From Haliotis rufescens (Eukaryota): a DNA stretch of 64,000 bases. This document shows positions 28,701-40,700 of the stretch, piece after piece; positions within the stretch are counted from its first letter, which is position 1; the number at the start of each line of letters is the position of its first letter. The stretch spans positions 10,416,001 to 10,480,000 of the forward strand of contig NW_025963780.1 in assembly GCF_023055435.1 (NCBI RefSeq). Reading direction: 5' to 3'. Under the pieces are notes generated by a model. That model was given only the letters and a program-made list of their open reading frames with translations, was not told the DNA's origin and ran no database searches. The position numbers and the translations under genes are program-made.

Positions 28701-31700
28701 AGATTTTCTCTTGAAGTTGGTAAAATCATGCTTTGTTTGCACATTTTAGTGATTCCTGTGAACTTCAAACATGTGAGAAGTAAAATAACTTGTAAGCGTG
28801 AGAAGGAAACATGGCTAGTAGCGACCACTGGAACATGACAGTTTGACATTCGAGCCTGCTTATCCTACCTCCTCTTGTCTCCCTCGGTGTGGCATGGGAG
28901 GGAACTGACCTTGTCAAACTCTGTCTGTGCGGACCTCCTCATGGTCTCCAGCGGGCCCTGCAGTGACATGATCTCCTCCTCCTGCTCCTTGCACTTGTCC
29001 AGGGACTGCAACATCGTCAGCGTCACACAATCAAGACATGCTGTACTGTACACTCAGTGATAAATGTCATAGAAGTTACTTTTGTCAAATTGTAGTATCT
29101 CAATGATCCTCAATTAGAAACATGACGTTTAAGATTCTTAAGATAATCGATATGAACTATGGAATGATATCCTCTAGGTAATGAATGTGTATTTATATTG
29201 ACATATCATTACAATAGTAACTTGGATAGGGTCACCTTGTATTTGATCTAATGATGTTTGCATGGTTCATCACCGTAAAATCTGTCAATCTGATCGGCGA
29301 ATTACTGTAAAATTATATACAAGATGGCTTGTACTGAGTGAGTTGGTTTTAACACCACTTTGAACAATATTTCAGCAAAATCATAGCATGAATGGAAGGA
29401 GAGCACAAATCAACTCAGATGTTTACCACTTTGCAGTATACACAGCAAATTGTGGTGCCTTGACAATTGTGTCCTATGCTCGGACTATTTGGTACCACGT
29501 GACCTATGTCCACTGCTGGTACTACCCACCTGTATGTACCATCCACCCACCTGTATGTACCCTCCACCTACCTGTATGTACCATCCACCCACCTGTATGT
29601 ACCCTCCATCTACCTGTATGTACCCTCAACCCACCTGTATGTACCCTCCAACCACCTGTATGTACCTTCCAACCACCTGTATGTACCCTCCACCTACCTG
29701 TATGTACCCTCCATCTACCTGTATGTACCCTCCAACCACCTGTATGTACCCTCCACCTACCTGTAAGCACCCTCCACCCACCTGTATGTACCCTCGCCCC
29801 ACCTGTATGTACCCTCCATCTACCTGGATGTACCCTCAACCAACCTGGATGTACCCTCACTACACCTGTATGTACCCTCCACCTACCTGTAAGTACCCTC
29901 CAACCACCTGTATGTACCTTCCAACCACCTGTATGTACCCTCCACCTACCTGTATGTACCCTCCATCTACCTGTATGTACCCTCAACCAACTTGGATGTA
30001 CCCTCACTACACCTGTATGTACCCTCCACCTACCTGTATGTACCCTCCACCTACCTGTATGTACCTTCCACCTACCTGTATGTACCTTCCACTCACCTGT
30101 ATGTACCCTCACCCCCCCTGTATGTACCCTCCACCCACCTGTATGTACCCTCCACCTACCTGGATGTACCCTCCACCCACCTGTAAGTACCCTCCACCCA
30201 CCTGTAAGTACCCTCCACTCACCTGTATGTACCATCCACCGACCTGTATGTACCCTCCACTCACCTGTATGTACCATCCACCGACCTGTATGTACCCTCA
30301 CCACACCTGGATATACCCTCACCCAACCTGTATGTACCCTCACCCAACCCGTATGTACCCTCCACCCACCTGTAAGTACCCTCCACCCTCCTGGATGTAC
30401 CCTCCACCTACCTGTATGTACCCTCCATCTACCTGTATGTACCTGTATGTACCCTCCATCTACCTGTATGTACCTGTATGTACCCTCCATCTACCTGTAT
30501 GTACCCTCCACCCACTTGTATGTACCCTCCACCCTCCTGGATGTACCCTCCACCCACCTGTATGTACCCTCCATCTACCTGTATGTACCTGTATGTACCC
30601 TCCATCTACCTGTAAGTACCCTCCACCCACTTGTATGTACCCTCCACCCACCTGTATGTATCCTCCACCCACCTGTATGTATCCTCCACCCACCTGTATG
30701 TACCCTCCATCTACCTGTATGTACCCTCCATCTACCGGTATGTACCCTCCATCTACCTGTAAGTACCCTCCACCCACTTGTATGTACCCTCCACCCACCT
30801 GTATGTATCCTCCACCCACCTGTATGTATCCTCCACCCACCTGTATGTATCCTCCACCCACCTGTATGTACCCTCCACCCACCTGTATGTACCCTCCACC
30901 CACCTGTATGTATCCTCCACCCACCTGTATGTATCCTCCACCCACCTGTATGTACCCTCCACCCACCTGTATGTACCCTCCACCCACCTGTATGTATCCT
31001 CCACCCACCTGTATGTACCCTCCACCCACTTGTATGTACCCTCCACCCACCTGTATGTACCCTCCACCCACCTGTATGTATCCTCCACCCACCTGTATGT
31101 ACCCTCCACCCACTTGTATGTACCCTCCACCCACCTGTATGTATCCTCCACCCACCTGTATGTATCCTCCACCCACCTGTATGTACCCTCCACCCACTTG
31201 TATGTACCCTCCACCCACCTGTATGTACCCTCCACCCACCTGTATGTATCCTCCACCCACCTGTATGTATCCTCCACCCACCTGTATGTATCCTCCACCC
31301 ACCTGTATGTATCCTCCACCCACTTGTATGTATCCTCCACCCACCTGTATGTACCCTCCACCCACCTGTATGTATCCTCCACCCACCTGTATGTATCCTC
31401 CACCCACCTGTATGTACCCTCCACTCACCTGTATGTACCATCCACCGACCTGTATGTACCCTCCACCCACCTGTATGTATCCTCCACCCACCTGTATGTA
31501 TCCTCCACCCACCTGTATGTACCCTCCACCCACCTGTATGTACCCTCCACCCACCTGTATGTATCCTCCACCCACCTGTAAGTACCCTCCACCCACCTGT
31601 ATGTATCCTCCACCCACCTGTATGTATCCTCCACCCACCTGTATGTATCCTCCACCCACCTGTATGTATCCTCCACCCACCTGTATGTATTCCTCCTTGT

Positions 31701-34700
31701 GCTGTTCCACCTGCTCCACCAACTCACGGATGGTCTCCATAGACAACTTGTGTTGTGGTGTGAGGTCCGACACTTCACGCTTGTACTCTGCGATGCTGCC
31801 AAACGCCTCGTCTATCTTCCCCAGGGCCTTCTCATACTTTACAATATTCACCTGAAACACACAACTACTATGTTCAAGACAACACCTCATGAACGACCAC
31901 ATGAACAACTGAAAAGTCCACAGCACAATAGGCAGCCTCAAAGGGAATGACATCATTACTCTGGTCCTTGGTATTCTTTGTTCACTGGGAAGCATATTCA
32001 CCACCCACAAGTTTTTGGCATGACATTACAATTTCAGCGTTCCTTTGGGTACCCACCCGCTCTCGTTTGACGACATAAGCTGCAACAACCTTGAAGAGAT
32101 GAACAAACTCCATGAAGGTGAGCGGCGTGTAGAACCTGAGTGGCTCCCTCTGGTGACAGAAGTGTCTTTCCACCGCTGACTTGGCCGAGAGGTGGATGTA
32201 GGCCATGGCATTACTTGCCATTGTAATTTGCTCCTCGCGTCGAGCTGGGTTCCATGGAATGACGATCTGAGAGAAAATATGTTGTATTGTAACCAAACTT
32301 TTACACAGCCACCTTAATGATTTTCTGAAACTTCAGCTTATTTTGCAATGTATTAATGGGTTCACTTCCTAAATTCATCGAGGTTTTCAGGGAGTGAAAA
32401 TCTAAAAAATGATTATTTTTATTTTAACATAACTCCTACCATCAGTTACAATAAAAAGATAATTCCTAACATGCCTAGGAAAGAAGACACGGTTGGATGA
32501 CCACATAGAACAAAAAGCACAGAGATCATTTACATCTCAGTTACACCATTTCTAAATAACAAATCTTTATTTTCAGCGAAACAATAGCTTCAATTTCCAA
32601 AGACCTCCATACAGAGCCTATGTCTTGATGCTGCTTGGAGTCACAAAGTAAATGACTACCACAAGGTCAATGATGTCTACACCAAAGGTCAATGGTTACC
32701 ACAAGGTCAAGGACTATTCATTGACCACCACAAGGTCAAGGATGACCACAATGTCAAAGACTACCACAAAGTTAATGACTACCCTAAGGTCAAAGAATAT
32801 TCAATGACTACCTACCACAAGGTCAGTGACTAGCATAAGGTCAAAGACTATCTTATGGTCAAGGACCACCACAAGGTCAAGGACTATCACAAGGTCAATG
32901 AGTACTGGTCACAAGTTACCTTTGATTTCTCGTCCTCCAGCCACGACCAGGCGACGGTTGTGAAGGCTTGGTAGGACCAGGGGAGGAACAGGTCGATACT
33001 GACACAGTGCTTCAGGAGCCCCGGGTACCTGTTCACTTTCTCATGCAGGGAGTGGAAGTCAGTGGAGTAGCTGTTCCCTAGAGGCGCATGGAGAATCATG
33101 TTGAGTGAGTGAGTGAGGTTTAACGCCGCTTTTAGCAATATTCCAGCAATATCACAGCGGGGGACACCAGAAATGGCCTTCACACATTGTACCCATCGAA
33201 CCCGGGTCTTCCCACCGCCCCTAGAATCATGTTGAAGTTAATGCTGTATGAGACTGGTTTACGATGGATGTCATGTTTGGAAAATGGATGGTTTGTTTTT
33301 ACACCACAGTGAGGAATTTTCAGGCATTATCACTGATAATATTGACAGAAATATGTGCTCAAAACGTCATATTCAGCATTTGATTGGAGTAAAGTTAAGA
33401 GTTTGTTTTGAATGTTTAATGCTGCATTCAGCAATATTCCAGCTATATGACAACAGACAATCCAGTGATTGATTATATGAGCAAAGATCCATGGGGTTGA
33501 GGTACGTTGATCTGCTGTCAACCAAATCACCAATCCATTTAGTCTCTAAATAGGACAAGCATAGCCGTTTGGGAATCAATACATAACATGAAATATGTGA
33601 TAAGTCTGACCCAGCAATTTACAAAATACAGCCACAAGGCTTTGCAGTTCACTTGAATTATGAAGAAATAATGGCGGCCATGTCAAAATTTAGATTTGAC
33701 TTTTTAGTTAAATGCTTAGAGACACCACAACTGGGATCTTTCTTACAAAGTTTCAAAGAACTTTCAGTTTCCGTTGTTTCAGAGCTGATGTCAAAACATG
33801 ACAGTGACACCAGAAAATGGGGTTAGGTGAAGGTCAGGGGAAAACATATGGCTGCCTTGTTTGGAGTCGGATCAGAATTCTGTGAGCACTTTTTAGAGAT
33901 ATCATTTGTACACAGTTTCAGCTACGTAGGCCTTGTAGTTTCAGCGGAGTCATCAACAATGTATAAAGTTCACTTGATTTTCAGTCAGGTGAGAGAGAAA
34001 GTGGTATTGACCACAAAATTGATTGCCAAATTTAGTCCATTCTTCAGTGAAGCTATACAGAGCGCCTTATCTCACCCTTGTAGTTGAGACAGACAATGAT
34101 GTGTAGATTCTGTTTGATCCTCTTGATGTAGCGATCAAACGCCTGCTCAATCTTATCGACCCTCTTGGTCTGTACACCCCCCGGCATCATCTGGCTGACT
34201 ATCTTCTGAACCTCAGCATCTGAGTACAGTCCCGGAGATGTTCCTGGCACACACAACACTTCGGTTAGTCTGATATAGTAAATAGAACATCAGATAATCA
34301 AGCATAATTACCCTACACATCATGCTGGATAACAAGCTAACATCAAATATCGCCATTCAACTATGATAAATATTCAAGACCCATACCTTCATTAGAAAAG
34401 TGACATCAGTCTCTTACATAATATACGCCTGTAATTTAATTGGACAGCAATTTTTAGGGTTACATGTCATTTTTAACAGGCTCAAATTGAAACATTCCTA
34501 ATGAACAGGTCTTCGGTATTCGTCATAGGACACTCAAGGATGAGTGACAATGCAATGTTCAGAAAGAGACAGGAACTCCTGCTGACACCGTGGCCCACCT
34601 TCTGCCATGAGGGTGCTGATGTCCTGGAGACAGGCGGTGCCCAGATCCTCGTGGATCAGCAGCACTGCAGGTTTCCCCACCACCCCGGCGTGCTGGCAGG

Positions 34701-37700
34701 AGCGCTTGATGTGCTCCCTCACGATGGTCAGGTTGTACCCCCGGTCTGTCTGGGGCTTCGGCTCGTACACCTGGGAAGTCACATGATGATGTTCAACACA
34801 TGTCTTACTGCATTATCTTTGCCAAACCATCTCGTACTACTGCTGGAATGTGTTATAACCTGATTGAATATATGAAAATTTGAACTGTTTGATAAAAAAG
34901 TTTTTGGTCAACAAAACCAGGACAATTACTGGTCCGAAAAGAAATTCAGGAGACAACAAACTTTGCTATTTAATCAGAAACACTTTCATAATTCAACTAA
35001 TTTGCCATCGTTTTGCCATTTGTTCAGGTAAAGAAAATCAGGAGATTGACATTGCATATTTCTTCACAGTAGATGTGTGGTGTTGGGGTGAACAATCAAC
35101 CGGGTTCAAGTCTTGGTCAGAGTACCATGGAGTGTAAGCAGCCACTTGATGACATGGCCTTGTGTCTGGTACGTCAAACTCATACTCAATACAGAACTGT
35201 CTCCACCTGTTGTCTCTAATAATAAACATAACAAGGTAAAAGGAATCCAACATACAATACATCAGTGCCTGTTTAATCATCCTTACCTTGCAGTGTGCAA
35301 TGTAGGCAGCCAGTCTGGCCAGTGTGGCTCTCCCAGTACAGTAGCTCATGCCTAGCAGTAGGCCGTGGCCGCCAGGGTGCGCCTGAAAGTACATTAACAT
35401 GGATTCATAAAAGAACCATAATGTGAGTAATGGAATTTTATGTTAGGTCTCACTATGAAATATTACAACAAATACTTGGCCTCTATTCTGAATGAAAGGA
35501 GACATCGGCATGAAGTTGTGACACTCTCTGTATGACATCAACCCCATGGAGAGTCACAGTGGACCCTATCACCCCATTCTTTCTGACAGCTGTCATCCTA
35601 ATCAATGGCATGGATTGTTCATGCTACTAATCACTGACTTGCCTGATGACCTACACAGGTCACCATGATATAGCTGCAATATTATACTATATATCTGTAG
35701 GGTAATGAATGTTCTCACCAGTATCCGGCTGAGTCTGGCAGCATGGTTGATGGCCTCAGTGAAGAACACCACCTCGAGTCTCTGCCAAGTTCCTGTGTTG
35801 TACTCCGCCAGACAGGTGGCCAGGGCCTCTCTCAGACCCTCTTCTGTACTCTCCATATACCCTGCACATATACAGCAACAGCGTTCATTGAGCATGGGAC
35901 ATTGGCTTGTACACATCAACAGCTTTCATGGAGCATGGGACATGCGCTTGTACACAGCAACAGCTTTCATGGAGCATGGGACATTGGCTTGTACACATCA
36001 ACAGCTTTCATGGAGCATGGGACATGCTCTTGTACACAGCAACAGCTTTCATGGAGCATGGGACATGCGCTTGTACACATCAACAGCTTTCATGGAGCAT
36101 GGGACATGCACTTGTACACAGCAACAGCTTTCATGGAGCATGGGACATTGGCTTGTACACAGCAACAGCTTTCATGGAGCATGGGACATACACTTGTACA
36201 CAGCAACAGCTTTCATGGAGCATGGGACATACACTTGTACACATCAACAGCTTTCATGGAGCATGGGACATGCTCTTGTACACAGCAACAGCTTTCATGG
36301 AGCATGGGACATGCGCTTGTACACATCAACAGCTTTCATGGAGCATGGGACATTGGCTTGTACACATCAACAGCTTTCATGGAGCATGGGACATGCGCTT
36401 GTACACAGCAACAGCTTTCATGGAGCATGGGACATGCGCTTGTACACAGCAACAGATTTCATGGAGCATGGGACATGCTCTTGTACACAGCAACAGCTTT
36501 CATGGAGCATGGGACATGCTCTTGTACACAGCAACAGCTTTCATGGAGCATGGGACATGCGCTTGTACACATCAACAGCTTTCATGGAGCATGGGACATG
36601 CGCTTGTACACAGCAACAGCTTTCATGGAGCATGGGACATGCGCTTGTACACATCAACAGCTTTCATGGAGCATGGGACATGCTCTTGTACACAGCAACA
36701 GCTTTCATGGAGCATGGGACATGCGCTTGTACACATCAACAGCTTTCATGGAGCATGGGACATGCACTTGTACACAGCAACAGCTTTCATGGAGCATGGG
36801 ACATGCACTTGTTTCAGACACAGGGGAACTATAGGCTTGCATAAATTACACAAACTGTTTCAGACACAGGGGAACTATAGGCTTGTACAAATCAGACAAA
36901 CTGTTTCAGATACAGGGGAACTATAGGCTTGTACAAATCAGACAAACTGTTTCAGACACAGGGGAACTATAGGCTTGTACAAATCAGACAAACTGTTTCA
37001 GACACAGGGGAACTATAGGCATGTACAAATCAGACAAAATGTTTCAGACACAGGGGAACTATAGGCTTGTACAAATCAGACAAACTGTTTCAGACACAGG
37101 GGAACTATAGGCTTGCACATATCAAGTTTTGACCAAAACTAAAACAATATCTGTCTACAGAATATGACAGCTGACAGAAAGGCTGATTACACTGAGCTGA
37201 ATATGTAACCTATTTGAGTTAAACAACGATGTGCCAATAACTATGAAACATTTTTTGTTTGCTATTTTGATTGAAGTAAAACATAATAGATCAAGTCCTG
37301 TACCTTTCTCCACAGGCTGGCCCTGAGCTTCTGTGTGACACGACATGAAGAACTTGCTGAAGATGAAATCGGTGACGTTGCTGCAGCCGCCCTTAATCTG
37401 AAACATGTCACATGAAACAATACTAATAGAATTTCTACTTATTTACATTACTCTCAAAGATTGTCAGGTTCTTTTTGCTATTACATCAGTAGAAGAATAA
37501 ATCGGCTCTGATAATTTAGGCCATGGCTTTAAGATGGTGTGGTCATTAATAGGAATTAATTCTGGTTCGACCGTGCCTTAGAATTTGTCGTTAAAGAGTG
37601 ACTGACTGCTGTATTAACATACACATCATTTTCGCAGTCAAACCAAAGTGGGTTTTGAAAGTCTTGACTGCCCATTCCCCAAGTCTAGCCCTATTCACAA

Positions 37701-40700
37701 CACTCACCTCCTCCAGGGACATGAGAGCCCCATAGAATGCTTCATATTCCTTGTCTGCAATGAGCCCCGCCTTAAAGGTGACCCCTCTCTTGGTGATGCC
37801 AGTCCGGGACACCTGCCTCCGGAGACTTGGCGTGCGGCCCCCTGTCACACTGCCTGCTTAGATGAAAGAAGGACTGGGAGATCAGATCTTCATTAATAAC
37901 TCACTAAAAAACAGGCACAGTTTCAGGCCAACATTTCTTTCCATCTTCTAAAACTGCTACAAACTTTCTCTTTAAAACAGAAATTCATTGTGAAAGTCTC
38001 CTAGAAATCAGGTACAACTGGACTACCTGACAGTCCAGGTGACGGAGAATATGCAATATCGGAATGTGAACAGAATTAGTGGTGAACATTCATACAGTGA
38101 GTGACAGTGCAACCTACCAACGCTGGACCTCCCGGAGGTCACCTGTCCCATGGGATCACTTCTTGTTTCCGGCTGGGGTGCAGGGCCATCTGGGTGCTCG
38201 TGATCCGGGCTGATCCTACCCAGTTCTAGCAGAGACAAGGTGGGTGCAAAACACAACATCTTAGTTAGGTGAACTCACACTACAGGAGGCTGAACCAGGC
38301 AAATGTCTCCTTGTTCCAAATTTGTCCACATTATTGCTTGACAGTTGTATGCTAATCATACACAAAACATATATTCCAACCATCTGACATGTACCGGAAC
38401 TTTGTAATATGTTAAGCCCCCAATCCCTATCAACAGCAACTCTCTGTAGCCGGGCTCCCAGTGTCGTCTAGATCCTTGCAATATGTCTCCATGGAATGTG
38501 AGATCACATAATGTGTGGTTTCAACAAGGTTAGTAAATGCAACACAAATTTGAGATGTTGTTTAGTGCACAACTCTAAAATAATCTGTAACACTAGCATA
38601 TTATAAACTCTGACTCAGTTTGACTGAAATTAATTAAGTTTATAGTCACATGACATAGTCAACAGTTTACAACAACAAAACAAATTACAAAGGTGCAATA
38701 ACAGCTATACTGTCAGACTGTTTGATTAAAAAGAAAGATCCATAACTATGCAAGTCTAACCCAAGAATATGATACAAAACCCCAAACAAGAGTGAAATAA
38801 CCAGAAGAGAAAGCACTCATGAGAGAAGAGCAACAGCGACAACTAAGCTTCACTTTGTCAAAAACATGAATTGCTGCTATTCTGGATCTGACTGTGATTC
38901 CAGAGAAGCAACCCATCCTGTATGAGCAGAGTTTGCACAGGAGGTAGTGAGTGAAGGAGTGGCTACTCACCTGGAGGCTGCTGCTGCCTGTCCTGCGCTG
39001 TGTGGGCAAGTCAGGTGGTTAGATACTGTGGCATGCAGTTAATAACATCTATGGTGCTATAAGGGATGGGGGCTTTGTTCACTGCCTCCTCAGTGGAATC
39101 TTTACAAGATCTTCTTGTCTATTTATTCAGGACTTTTTAATGGATATGCTTTGCCAGCCACAGGAGGCAAATATTGAAACAGTTGTCAGGCTTGACTTGA
39201 GAATAATGTCATGAACCATCAACTCGAAATAAAAGTGTTAACTAAAAATATGAGCTTGATCTTTATTTATGAAGAATGTTGCTCCGGCCCATGTTCATAC
39301 AAGTGTATGTATATCTATCATGCAAACTGCTTTAGAAAGATCCATGTTGACTGCTTATATATATTGTCATATGTACTTTATGCTGACTGACCACCAGTAT
39401 AAAATACAAACTAAAGGTATATTAGGAATATTTTCATAAGAGCATTCTTAGATATTTGTTTTTTACTTTATTCATTTATACTTAAATCAGTCAACAGCCT
39501 CTCATGGATTTGTTACACTCTGAGGTTTTATATTTTTGGAAATTTACTACTGGAAACAATTGCTGCTATCTTTACAAGATTTGACACCACTGTACACTCC
39601 TACAAAGTTAACGTTTCTGTGATTCCTGGGGACACACATGTGATTGAGTTAGTGCTGAGGCTGGATACACAGTGTTAGAGGTACATGTTGAGATACAGGT
39701 ACACAATATCACATGATCACGTACCTGATGTGAAGGACGACTCTCTGCTGGCCCGTCGCTGAGCTGCTGTCAGTCTCAGACCCGGAACTTTGCCCTTCGA
39801 CACCAGTTCCCCAACATCTGTAGATGGACAAACAGTAACAGTTAGATAGATACAGGAGCACTCCTCCTACACTGAACATGTCAAAACATCTCACTTATCT
39901 AGCTATGAAAGAGGGACTATGAAAGGACAGAATGGAAGCTACACTCCGAAGCATTCGACATGATCTGTCAGCAGATCGAGTCCTCCAACATAGACCTATT
40001 TGCCACCAGCCAGAACTTTCGACTGCGGACCTACATCTCCCTGGTTCCAGATCCTCAAACAGTAGCTGTCAATGCCCTCAGCGTTCCCTCGGAAGGACTA
40101 AAAACGTACGCTTTTACGCCGCCAGTTCTCCTTCTCTGGGTTCTCCAAATGGTCAAGCACACTCGGAACCTAATTCTGATTTTGGTTGCACCCTGGTGGC
40201 CAGCGAGGAGTTGGTTTGTCGACTTCAGAGATCTAGCAAGAAACGAGCTTCCGGGTTGGTCAAAAATAATGCTCTACCCACCTCAGGTCACCCTGCCTGG
40301 CTCCCCAACAGATAACATTTGCATGCTTGGTACATCTGCAGAGAGCTCTCGGCACCAAGGGCCACTCATCATGGGCTGCCAAGGCCATAGCATTGGCTCA
40401 TTGACCGTCCACGAGGGGTCTTTACCATGACAAATGGCAATCCTTTCAATCCTTCTGCATGGACAAGCGGCAGGATCCCACATCTACTTCCCCTCAATTC
40501 TTGGCTGAATATTTACTCTTCCTCCACTGTAATTGTCGCCTCAAGGATTCAACAATATCATCAATTCCATCAATTCCGTACTAGCCATTCCAGAAGACTG
40601 CAGAGTGACAAACACTGGAATTACAAGCTTTGCTGCGTTCTTTTCGATAAGAAGATCAGAAAGCCAAGGTCAGTTCCCCGGTCTGGGATCTGAATGTGCT

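Noticed and set aside
29388-31855. 784/801-aa Pro/Cys-rich plus-strand ORFs resembling extensin or shell-matrix proteins
   Set aside because: Antisense reading of the 21-bp donor-junction array; most frames are open because of the repeat.
35705-36926. Three overlapping 339-379 aa ORFs
   Set aside because: A stop-free 41-bp unit read in rotating frames.
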